A stretch of DNA of 64,000 nucleotides, from assembly GCA_951406725.2 (NCBI GenBank), contig OX597825.1:68324001-68388000 (forward strand), given 5' to 3'. Source of the stretch: Octopus vulgaris (lineage: Eukaryota). The position numbers were made by a program, and so were the translations under genes. The notes beneath the pieces are model-generated. The model saw only the letters and a program-made list of their open reading frames with translations, was not told the origin of the DNA and did no database searches. Below, piece after piece: positions 1-12,290 of the stretch; the stretch's first letter is position 1, and every line of letters begins with the position of its first letter.

Positions 1-612
1 GAGTTTACTTCCCAACCGTATGGTCTCAGGTTCAGTCCCACTACATGGCAGCTTGGGTGTCTTTTACTATAGCCCCCTAGCTGGTCAAAGCCTTGTGAGT
101 GGATTTAGTAGATGGAAACTGAAAGAAGCCCATCATGCAAACAGTGTCCTTCATTTCCAATCTTCCATGAAAACATGCCTGGTCATTGGGAATATCATCT
201 CGCTTAGAAACAGGTGATGGTTGGCAACAGGAGGAGCATCCAGCTGCAGAAAATTCACCTCAACAAATTCTGAATGCAAGAATGGTGACAGACGTGGATG
301 TTAAATGATGGTGATGAGGATGTAGATCATTTCTGTGGCCAATAAAAGATCTCCTAAAAGTATCTTTCAGCTGCCTTTATTATTTCAATGTCATTGTTTT
401 TACATCTGCATTATCCATATTTGTTGGATGAGATTTATTAAGGCTGCATTCTACAGCCACATACTATTCTCGTTGCAAGTTAGTGAGTTGAGTCCACTTC
501 TGGCATTTCATTGGCCTGTGGAGAACACACAATATACTACCTGTAAAGGTGCCAAAGCATTAAAATAATTAACCATTAGAGACTAAGTATCTTAGAAATG
601 TATCTCATCAAA

Positions 613-967
613 GGCGACGAGCTGGCAGAAACGTTAGCATGCCGGGCGAAATACTTAGTGGTATTTCGCCTGTCGTTACGTTCTGAGTTCAAATTCCACC
701 GTGGGTCGACTTTGCCTTTTCATCCATTCAGGGTCAATAAATTAAGTACCAGTTATGCACTGGGGTCGATGTAATCGACTTGATCCATTTGTCTGTCCTA
801 GCATTATGTTCCGAGTTCAAATTCCACCGAGGTCGACTTTACCTTTCATCCTTTCAGGGTAAATAAATTAAGTACCAGTTATGCACTGGGGTCGATGTAA
901 TCGACTTAATCCCTTTGTCCTTGTTTGTCCCCTCTGTGTTTAGCCCCTTGTGGGCAAAAAGGAAATA
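613..967 (+). mobile_element. SINE family B (GGCGGCGAGCTGGCAGAA head; Nin/Deu-like core), partial dimer
   Basis: many near-identical copies in window; TSD ATGTATCTCATC. Confidence 0.85.
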
Positions 968-1617
968 ATGTATCTCATCTTTCAACCCTCTGAAAGCACT
1001 GTAATTTCCTAATAGGCTATCTCATTAAGATGAATTAAATTTCAGTTTATTAATTAGATATTTGCATAAATGTCTTTACAAACAGCAACAGTTCAATATC
1101 TAAATAGGAGTAATAACTATTTCCCAGGTAGGTTGAATGAAGCATGCACATTCTCATACCCAAGATCACAGTCTAATCTAACTTAGTTATTGTACAGTCT
1201 TCTGGCTTGCCACTTTGACAGGAGTTGGGGGGCCAAGAGACTGCATCAAGCTCTACTGTCAACTTTGGCATTGCTTCTACGACTGGATGCCCTTCTTAAT
1301 CCCCAACCACTTTACAGAGTGTACCATGCCAAAGTAGATAGCTGAACCTGGCACAGTCCTCTGGTTCACCAGCTCCAGTCAAAATGTCCAACTCATGCCA
1401 GCATAGAAAACACACATCAAATGATGGTGATGGTAACATTTCTGTTTATTTACCCCTTTAGTAAATGTAATGTTTATCATGCATTATCTTGTAGTTTTGA
1501 GATTTTGATGAAGTAATTGTTTACTTTTAGAATGACATTGTAGGGTAGGTGTGAGAAGCCAGATATGGCCAGTTTCAATACTAAAGGGTTAATAATCTCT
1601 TTTAACTGTGTTTCTAA

Positions 1618-1785
<168 letters not shown>

Positions 1786-1931
1786 TAGAATTACATTGAG
1801 AGAATTGTTTCCTTCAGTTGCTACCACACACACTCACACACATACAAACACTTACAGTGATGCTTGTAAATGTCTTATCAAACACTATATATATATATAT
1901 TTCTTTTTTACCTTGATTTATTTTTTTAAAG

Positions 1932-2077
1932 AAAAAAGTTGACCCCAACCTTCAAGTAGAAGTGAAACCAAGTATTCGTGCGCGAAAGATTCAAGAAGAT
2001 AAATTACGCCGACAGACTCAAAAAGAAGAGTTTTGGAGACGAAGAGAGGCTGAGGATCGCTGGCGCGAGGAGATGCG
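1932..2077 (+). CDS. ZFR: ZFR exon
   Basis: AAG|..|GTGGGT; [49 protein letters not shown]; phases match neighbours. Confidence 0.95.
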
Positions 2078-2670
2078 GTGGGTGTGATAGTATTTTAAAA
2101 GCTGCTTTGTTCTTCAGGTGTTTTTTAATCTGCTTATGTTTTTAATGTTGGTGTCATATGAGGACCTTTTGGTTCTAGAATGTGCCATGTAACAGATATT
2201 GGTGTCTGTTCCCTAGAGAGACACCCAACTTATTTAGGGCTACATGTCTAATATCCTAGAGTTGATTCATATAATTGTACCTCCATCGAATTGAAATAAA
2301 TTCCGAGCAAGTTAAAAATGTAGAATTAGTGGGGTTTTCTTTTTTGTATTTTATTTTGTGAGAGAAAAATTTACATGGTTACTCAATTTTGCTACTAAAA
2401 ATAGCAGCTAAATCTCCCTCAAACCACATTTACTATTTTAGAAATAGGAGGTATTTGGATAATATAGTCTAGATATTGATAAATTGGTCAGTTGGTCAGC
2501 TTTTGATCTTAGTTCTACTTATTTGGGGCTGACCCAGGCATAAACAGTGTGATATGAACGGTAATTTTGGGTCCACATGGCTTGCATTTAAAATACAATC
2601 ACAACAGATTTCACACCTATATTATTGGTTATTGACTATTTTGATGTTATTGCTAAATTTGCTGTTTCAG

Positions 2671-2833
2671 AATGGAAGAGGAAATGTATTGGGGAGAAAG
2701 ACGACATTTTGAAGAGATAGACTATTACTCTCAGTGGCACCGTCGACCTGGCCATCCAGCTGCTCCTATGCCCCCTCCTCCCTTTCCACAACGTCCTGGT
2801 GCCAGCGGCCCTCTTGGAGTTGGTGCTTCTACA
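2671..2833 (+). CDS. ZFR: ZFR exon (Pro-rich linker)
   Basis: CAG|..|GTATGT; MEEEMYWGERRHFEEIDYYSQWHRRPGHPAAPMPPPPFPQRPGASGPLGVGAST. Confidence 0.9.
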
Positions 2834-2945
2834 GTATGTATTTTGCTTACTTCCTTTTTTTCGTTTCTCTTTTGTATTTAGATGTGAGAGTATTCACAGT
2901 CTGGATTGTCAATTCGGTTTTGATCCTCGTTTTCTTACTTTGCAG

Positions 2946-3023
2946 CATTTGCGGAAACCAGAGTCCTCAGATGATAGACATGTCATGGCTAAACACACCA
3001 GCATATATCCAACTGAAATAGAA
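2946..3023 (+). CDS. ZFR: ZFR exon (start of DZF region)
   Basis: CAG|..|GTAAGG; HLRKPESSDDRHVMAKHTSIYPTEIE. Confidence 0.95.
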
Positions 3024-3334
3024 GTAAGGATTTTTATATCTATATATATATATATATCTTAGAATCTTTTTTAAACCCTCATTACTCTAAACATTGTAAA
3101 CAGCTAGATTGAAATCTTGAAATCCCAGTTTAATAAGTGCAAATTGTTGCTGGCTTCTAGTTTGAATTAATACCATGATGGTTAAATTTTTATAGTGTGT
3201 TAGGACAAGCTCTATATGCTGTCACCATGAATACAAGTTTAGAAAATATTAATGGTTAAAGTAAACTGCCTGTGTAAAATCATTAGAAGTGTTTTATTTG
3301 AAAATTATTTCAATTCTTTAAATTTTTGTATTAG

Positions 3335-3408
3335 CTTCAGGCTGTTCAGAATATTGTGTCGGCATGTGAAAAAGCATTGAAGTTTGTTTCCGATCATTTG
3401 GCAGAAAG
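3335..3408 (+). CDS. ZFR: ZFR exon (DZF)
   Basis: TAG|..|GTATGT; LQAVQNIVSACEKALKFVSDHLAE. Confidence 0.93.
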
Positions 3409-3545
3409 GTATGTGTATAATAACTACTTCAGAAATAATTTTGGATTTTCACAATGTATGAAGAAAATATTTTAAAATTATATTTAAACGTATTTAACAT
3501 TTCAGTTTTTTTCTAATTCAGTTTTTTTTCTTTTCTGTTGTTTAG

Positions 3546-3614
3546 TGACTTTAGTCCAAAGACAGAAGAAATTTCAGCTAAAGAAATAAAGAAAGAGGGA
3601 GCAGCAAAAGATAG
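3546..3614 (+). CDS. ZFR: ZFR exon (69-nt symmetric, charged loop)
   Basis: long pyrimidine tract TAG|..|GTAACA; DFSPKTEEISAKEIKKEGAAKD; phase 2-2. Confidence 0.8.
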
Positions 3615-3671
3615 GTAACAATATATTTTTTATCAGTTTTATTAAAAATCTTAGTATCGGAACGTTGTTAA

Positions 3672-3932
<261 letters not shown>

Positions 3933-4090
3933 TAACAAAGTTCTTTTTAAATACTATAGGTTGAGAAACTCTAGTCAAATGAATTGTCTTCGGTGTATTA
4001 CTGGTATTTATAAAATAAGTGTAAAATAAATTTGACCGTAGGATGACTTTCCACCAAATACTGAAATTATCTGCATTGTTCGACCTTTTT

Positions 4091-4320
4091 TATTTCTTTA
4101 TTGCCCACAGGGGGCTAAACATAGAGGGGACAAACAAGGACAGACAAAGGGATTAAGTCGATTACATCGACCCCAGTGCGTAACTGGTACTTATTTAATT
4201 GACCCCGAAAGGATGAAAGTCAAAGTCGACCTCGGCGGAATTTGAACTTAGAACGTAGGGGCAGATGAAGTACTGCTAAATATTTCGCCTGACGTGCTAA
4301 CGTTTCTGCCAGCTCGCCGC
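4091..4320 (-). mobile_element. SINE family B, full length
   Basis: reverse complement of the family consensus; flanked by ~135-bp direct repeats. Confidence 0.88.
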
Positions 4321-5622
4321 TATAGGTTGAAAAACTCTAGTCAAGTGAATTGTCTTCAGTGTATTACTGGTATTTTATAATGTAAAATAAACTTGATGAA
4401 CGTAGGATGACTTTTCACCAAATACTGAAATTATCTGCATTGTTCGACCTTTTAGCATTTAGATTACTTTGTCAAATGTATCATTATCATCATCATTCAG
4501 CATCTGCTTTCCATGCTGATATGGGTTAGACAGTTTGATTGGAACTGGTAAGCACCAGGTTCCAATCTGATTTGGCATGGTTTCTACAGCTGGATACCCT
4601 TCCTAATGCCAACCACTCCAAGAGTGTAATGGGTGCTTTTTACGTGCCACCTACTTTGGTGACAGTTATGTGACACCGGCATCAGCCACATTTTCAATTT
4701 CACTTAGCTTCACAGATCTTCTCAAGCACTACATATTGCCAAAATCTTGGTCACTTATCATTGCCTCCATGAGGCCCAAACATTAGAAGGGTTCTTTTTA
4801 TGTGCCACTGGCATGGGTGTCAGTTATGTGTAATGCTTATTTATCCACATTGTTTTGAATTTATCCTGCATTAACTTGTAATGTTGAGATTTCAATGATG
4901 TGGTTGTTTATGTTCAAAGTTACGTTGTCGGGTAGGTGTGAGATGCCAGATCTGGCCAGTTTGAACATAAAGCAAGTAGAATATTTTGGCCAGACCTAGT
5001 CAGTTTGAATGCTAAACGGTTAATGGTTGTAAAACTCTCATTAATGTATCTATCCAACCAGCCATCCTCTATTCTTTCTCTAATCATCTTGTACCTTGTT
5101 TCCACCATCCTTGCTTTCATTTCTGCTGTAGTAGCTATTTATCTCCCTTGTGGCTAAACCTGTTCTTGTCTGTCTTACTCTAGGCACAAAGCCACCTCCC
5201 TTAATTCTGCACCCCCACTCTATCAAGTGGTTTTGTCTTGCAAGTTACTTGATGGCCTCAGTAGTGTTGAGAAAATAGCACTAGTACACTTTGGAAAGTG
5301 GTTGGTGTTAGTAAGGGCATCCAGCCATAGAAACCTTATCGAAGCTGACACTGAAGACCAATGCAGCCCTCAGGCTAGTTGGATCCAGTCAAACTGTCCA
5401 ACCTGTGCTAGCTTGCCAGTTCCTGTCAAACCATACTACCCATGCCAGCATGGAAAACAGGCATTAAATGATGATTTGATACATGACACTATTGCTTTAG
5501 ATCAAACATTTTCTGACCTTTTTTAAAAATAAAAATTAGGATGTTGTTAACGTTACTCACCTATCTAATATTGGTAACCAATATAATTGTTGCTGTAAAA
5601 CTAAGTGCATTTTGATTTCCAG

Positions 5623-5764
5623 ACTGTCACAGATGAAAATTACGAGCTGAGACGGTGCGTTGAAGAAGCTGCTATAATTGTGACCAGTGAGAAAGAGCCC
5701 AAAACTTCTTGTACAGTCACTTTGACTTCACCAGTGATGAGGGAAACTAACTTATCTGAAGGAG
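5623..5764 (+). CDS. ZFR: ZFR exon (DZF)
   Basis: CAG|..|GTAACC; TVTDENYELRRCVEEAAIIVTSEKEPKTSCTVTLTSPVMRETNLSEG. Confidence 0.95.
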
Positions 5765-8517
5765 GTAACCAAGATGTGCTACTAGTGACAAACTTCTCTA
5801 AACTTGTCTTCCACTTCATAAGTGCCATCTGGATTATTTCTTGTTTCTAAATTTTCTTTAAAATTTAGATACTTTTTCATCGCATTGATTTTTTTTTTTT
5901 ACTTGAAATTATTAAAGTTTACTTGCTTTCTGAATATAGGCCTTCATAATTCTACCAGATAGCTAATTGATTAGGTTGTATTAATTTTTTTTTTTTTTAA
6001 TTATTATTTAATGTAGCTGAGATAACATTTTCTAGTTGAAGATTTTAATGCTACATTTTAAAGTACCTAGGTTTTCTTTATGATGAAATATTTTAGGAAA
6101 TTCTAATGAGGGTAGAAGAATAGTGAAATCTTTGTTATTCTGTGTACTCATAACTTTAGGGTTGAATTAACCCCTAGATTAATTTGACTTTGTTGCTAAC
6201 TGTAGAGTTAGCAACTCTATGTGTACTAAATGTTGTGCTGTGAACTCTGAAAAGTTTTGCAGTTGGAAATAGTGAAATTAAATTTTAGAATTGTAATTAG
6301 TCATAGATTGATATATTTTTGTCTTAGTTGTCTTAACAGATTTTTTTTTTTTTTTTTGTTAGAATTTGATATATATGCCTTGTGACTGACTCTTTTCTTT
6401 TTACAGGCAGGAGAAAATACTAATTTATTACAAATCTCTTCCCCCACAAACAAACATACACATACACGCACATGTATGTATGCACATAGAGAGAACTAGG
6501 AGCTATATATTGATTAATACTTTTTTTTTTTTTGTGCTTAGAATATTGAGATTGTATTCTCAATGGTTTTGATTTATATATCCTTAGTGTTTTAGTCAAT
6601 TTAATTCTCCACATTTAATGATAGGCTCTGAAACTACCCATAAATTGCAACCAAACAAGAGATGAAAATTTCAGGAACATTCTCTTTATGTATCTAGAAA
6701 AACAAAAGTAAATTTATTTTATAAATTTCATCTGTTGTGTTTATATTTTTAGAAATAGTATAATTAGCAAGAAAAAAAATTACTTTGTTTTTTTTTCTTT
6801 GTTTTTTAATTAAATTTAATTACCTTTTATTTTTCAAAGCTTTTGAAATGATTACATGCAGCTACTGCCTAAAGATAATGTATTTCTCAGGAAATTATTG
6901 CTAATGTAACACAAGCCGGACCGATCCATTTTTCATTTGTATACAATATACATTGTGATATCACCCAGACCCTTTACTGGGTCAACAGCTACAATACAAT
7001 CAAAGGCTTGAGAAGTAAAGTCAGACCTGAGAACATTGAGTTTATTCTTGAGAGGTTTGTCCATAAAAGACTGAAGTTATTTATTTATTTATTAGATCTC
7101 AGTGGGTATGGAAGTTTTGTCAAACCGTTTGTGAAATTACACCAGAGAATTAACTGCTATGTATGGAATTTTTTTTTCTTTCTTTCCAACGGAGGAGAGC
7201 TTGAGTGTAACAAACCTGAATTGAAGTAAACTGTGGTAAATTATTGTTTTCCGATATCTTCCAGTGCTGGTTGAGTGAAGGATTAATTGTGATGACTGCC
7301 TTCTGTAGTCTTTTTTTAGCCAATCAACTTTAAAATTGGTGGACATTGTCTCTGACAGTATGGTAATGTATTATGAATGGCAAGGGCACAATTTTGAAAC
7401 CTAGCTACCATCATTGTACCCCTTGCCTTTGTTGTTTTGAATATGTCACACCTATTTCACAATAACATTAAGCATCTTTTTGCAGAATTATTTAGAAGCT
7501 TAGGTTAGAGTTAGGGGTTTATTTTAAACAACACATGTAAACTTTAAAAAATAAAAGGTTTTGCAGAAAGTTAACTTTTCATCAATCCTATAAAAGTTAT
7601 TGGCTGATATTTACTTTTGTTTTTGTTTGATTTTTCTAAATTTTAATAATAATACATCTTTTTGAATGAATGTTCACATTAAAATCTACCTTTGTTTGCA
7701 ATTTGTTGGTAAATGTGCCCTCTTGTATCACTGAGAATACAATTTCAATGATGTTTTCTTTTTTTAGAAATTGTTTATGTATTTAAGATGCTTTTATCTA
7801 ATCCCGTTTCGTGCCAAGCCTTTTACATGTCACCAAGTGGCGAAAGGATGAAGAGAATGGAAGGATTTTTGATCATGGCTTTATGGATCATGGCTTTATG
7901 GGTGACTGGATGATGGCATTCCTCTCTTTTATTCAGTTAATTTTTTTTTTTTTTTTTCAAATTACATTTCCCTTTGTGATTATTCTACTCATTAATTAAT
8001 TTTTTTCAAAAAGCTGTTTCACTGAAAATTTAAATTTTCACCAGCTACTCTTCATTCTCCAAAATGATTTTATTTTTATCTCCTCAATTTTTCTGTTGCA
8101 TTCCATTATCTCTCCTTCGCTTCAGCCCCCAATTTAACAAGTTCTATTGCTTTGAATTACTTTATTTGCTGTAAACTACAGAAATTTTCACTCAATCTTT
8201 CTCTTCTTTCCAACATGTTTTTTTTATTTAAATTTCCATATTTTTTTTTATTTAAATTCCCCTTTCAAAATTTTTTTCTTCAACGTCATCGGCCCACATA
8301 GCAAATATTTTTTGTTGATAAATATCAGCCCACCTTTTTCCCCCCCAACCTTTTTCAAAATCTAATTTGCATGTTGTCGAATCCATTATTTGTGGTGCAA
8401 GTTGCCAATATGGCATCATTCCATCTCCATAAGCCATGTGACAGGTTTAAATCCTGAGAGTCTATGGTCAAACACCCATTCCAACATCACTGACATCTGC
8501 ATCATCATTGTTTATAG

Positions 8518-8609
8518 AGACTGTAAGCGTGAAAGACCCACCGGATGTTCTGGACAGGCAGAAATGTCTAGATGCTCTAGCCGCACTGCGACATGCTAAG
8601 TGGTTCCAG
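8518..8609 (+). CDS. ZFR: ZFR exon (DZF)
   Basis: branch-like CACTGAC at 8488-8494, TAG|..|GTTCGA (weak donor); [31 protein letters not shown]. Confidence 0.96.
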
Positions 8610-9851
8610 GTTCGATTCCCATTTTTTCTACTTTGCAGCCTTATGGTAGTTGTTCATTGCTGAACCCAATTGTTATTTTTTGTTTGATTTTCATAATTAG
8701 TTTGTGTGCAACCAAATGATCAATCTTTTGAAATGACATTTTTTTAATAATATCACAATAGTTAGAATTTGCTATGTTTATCTTAGCATGCATGTTGTCT
8801 GACAGCTGATGTGTTGGTAGGTCAGTCCAAATTTAGACAGTTTTTAATTGCAGGACAATATTATTATTTTTCGCTCAGTGACGCTAAAGAGGAAAGGTGG
8901 GTATGGGGTTTCAAATAGTGGAACATCCGAGGTAGTAGGTTTGAATAAGTATGGATTGTTAAATAACCCAGCTCTTATTGTATTTATCAATGAATGAATG
9001 AATTGTTTTTCTTTGTAATCGAGTAGCTGTTTGTTGTTTTCTAGAAGTAAACAACATGGTTTTAATCTAAACAAAAAAAAAAATTTGCGTAATACAATGA
9101 TTTCATAGGAGTTTTTTTTTTTTTATCAATTAGATAAACTATCACATACATGCACTCACACACGCACATGTGTGTATTGCTGCACCCAATAACTCGAGAG
9201 AGATATAAACAAGTTTTTTGAAAATGAATTTCCCAAATTCTCCCTCTTACTTTTAATTGCCTGCTCATATTGATGCTTTTCCATCTACAATTATTAGATT
9301 TAATTCAGGCACAAGGACACCAATTTTTAGGGGAGGGAGTTAGTCAACTTCATCTACCCTAGAACTTGGATGTTACTTTATTTTATTGACCTCAGGGAGA
9401 TGAAAGACTTAGTTGACCGTCGCAGGATTTGAACTCAATGTAAAGTACTAGAAAAAATACCGCTAAACATTGTCCCCAATCCACTACCCTTTGTTTCTGG
9501 TCTGAAATTTGAAGGGAAGGGTTAGCCAATTTAATCAACCCCAATTAATACAACTGTTATTTTATCAATCCTGAAAGGTCAAGTTAATTTAGGTGTGTGA
9601 TTTGAACTCAGAACCTAAGTGTCCAAAACAAATATTGCAGAGTGTTTTGTCTGATCTAACAACCCTGCCAGTACACCACCTTACAACAACAATTATTAAT
9701 ATTATTAACAGAAAGTGTCAACATACATTTAAACATTGAACCTCATGACGTGAAAATTAAGTTGGGAATTGTGCGTGGTAAAATGGAAAAACTAGATATC
9801 CCATTGTGGTTAATAATAAAATGAAACCGTCTGTGTGTGTATGTATGTATA

Positions 9852-9908
<57 letters not shown>

Positions 9909-10949
9909 CATACAGTTTCACAATGGTCAGTCTAGTTTCTCAAGAAAAATTTAGTGTTTTCTTTTCCCCATTCCTGCAATGAGATTGCCTTTGGTCTTTC
10001 GGTGAGCAGAAAGTTAGTACTTCATATTTCAGGAAATTATTTGATAACCATTGATTTATCCCTGCCACCCCAACTCCAAATTTGAAACTGAAGTACTTAT
10101 TGTTTGCTGGTGCTACAGTCTTCAGTTTCATGTATCGAATTAAGGTACATAATACTGAGATACATTTCAGGATACTTGTTTCTCTATTTCCAAATGATAA
10201 ATATATTTATATTAAATAGGTACAGGCATGCCTGGGTGGCTAAGAAGTTTGCTTCAGAACCCCCTGGTGTCTTGTACTACGGCCATGGGTCAACCAATAT
10301 CTTGTTAGTGAAACTGATTGATAGAATTTGAAGGAGCCTGTTGTGTGTTTAGTTCATATTTTCTTTCATGGTAAAAACGAAAGCCTCATTGCTCATACAG
10401 ACTGGGTTTGCATGTAGTCCAACCATGAAAGCACATCCAGGCTTCTTGTAATGAAATCTTTGTAAACAAAAGTTTCGTTTAAATAGTGCTGTTTGTTATT
10501 AAATTGACTAGATTATTGCCTTACTTCGAAATAGGTGTGGTTTGGCATCAGGAAGGGCTTCCAGCCATAGAACACTCTGACCCAGGAAAGTCAACATTTA
10601 AAATGATGATTGGATACTGTATTATTACATTATTTACAAATAATAAAAAGTGTTGTAGGGAGCAAATATACACCTTACATTCTCTCTCTCTCTCTCTCTT
10701 ATATTGATTAGGCTTGTGTAAAATATTTGCAAGTTTTTTATGAAAATGTGTTATTGAGTTTGCAATTAAAAGTTGGTTTACAATATTTTTCTTCCCAAAT
10801 CAGGCCTTCACAGATTGACCAATGTATGTGTGCTAGTTACTGTCATTATGTTAAAATAATTGATGTTGATAAGAAACCAGTTATTCATATCCCAATTTTA
10901 TGATGAAGGTTCATCTTACGATAATGTGGTTGGATACTTCATACTAGAG

Positions 10950-11119
10950 CAGTGGTTCCCAATCTGTGGTCTACGGACCCCTGTTAGTCTGCAAAGGTAG
11001 TATGGGGGGCAGTGTCTGTGAACATGTTTAGCTGACAGACCTTTCAATATTCTGGGTTCTGTGGGGACACTCATTTAAATAAAAGGGGTCCTTGGTAGTG
11101 AAATGGCTGGGAACCACTG
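10950..11119. mobile_element. hAT (Charlie-like) MITE
   Basis: TIR CAGTGGTTCCCA; perfect 8-bp TSD TACTAGAG. Confidence 0.92.
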
Positions 11120-12290
11120 TACTAGAGTTTCACTTCCCTCTGAATATAAACCGATTACCTATTGTTAATCAGTTCTGAAAGTTATGTTGTTTAGTCTGGT
11201 ATAGTATTTATCAATAAATTTTATTCCTAATATATGTAGTCTCTATTTAAAAAGATTGAAATCAATTGCAGCTAAAAGAGTTAGCAAAGTGTTTTAGATG
11301 TTACTTGAATCATATATTTCAGAGTTATTGAGAGATTGTTTTTGAAAATAATTCTCTTGTCCATATTTAAGAAGTAGCTGCAAAATATATTTGCTATTTT
11401 CTTTGACAATTGTTGATTTTAGTTTTTTTTTTTTTTTTTTTTTTTCCCCTGTTACTTAGATATTCAGTAGGATTATCCAAAAGGTGATATATTTACAGTT
11501 TTGGTTGCTAACAATAGTGTGATTTTTAGCTAGTCCTGTGAAACTTTATTGCTCATCTAGTATCGCTGTCAAGCTGGAAACCCTGCTTTGACAAACTGTT
11601 AAAATGTTTATGTTAGAAACTGCATCACACTGAGTAGTTGGGATGCAACAAAATTTTGGATATCAAAACTACACTAGTCTAGATAAATATAAGCAGTTGT
11701 AATCTTCTTCTTCAGCTTCCCATTTCACCCGCAAAAATAGTTTGTGTTATACTTTCGTTTCCAATCTATGTAATGGTTACGGTTTAGAATTGTGTTAGCA
11801 TGATCTCGTAGCACACTATGGTACTAAGACACCTCATTTGTAAAAGCTTCTGATTTAAAACATTAACCTTTTTGTTACCATATTTCTGTTCATACCACAC
11901 TGTCTTTGTTTCTATTAATTTTGAAGATAATGAAGTGTTTAGTAAAACAAATGAAACTGGATGATAGCTTGACACAAATTAACCTGAAATTTTGATGCAG
12001 AATTTAAATTTAGGTCACAGTAAGTTTGTATGATACAAACTTAGGATCAGGGGTGGACTCAGGTGGGTGGGTATCAAAAGGGTTAAATATTAATAAAAAC
12101 GACCTATTGTAGATTATAGACTTACCTGGATATTTTATTTTGGTAAATGGATAAGCTGTTATTGTTGTGCATTTGTTGCATAATCTACCTAACACCGATT
12201 AATTGAATTTCCTTCTACTAAGTGTTCTAGATAATCACATTTTTGGTTAAATAAAAGAAAACTATTTATTTATTATATGTAAAGTATAGA

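Noticed and set aside
2862-2887. Alternative acceptor at 2881 giving ATG TGA
   Set aside because: Lies only ~48 nt from the donor, and the downstream acceptor gives the conserved frame; no other support.
7500-7518. TTAGG/TTAGGG-like telomeric repeats
   Set aside because: Only three imperfect units.
12117-12130. ACTTACCTGG resembling the U1 snRNA 5' end
   Set aside because: No further U1 similarity; simply a consensus donor on the minus strand with no supporting exon.
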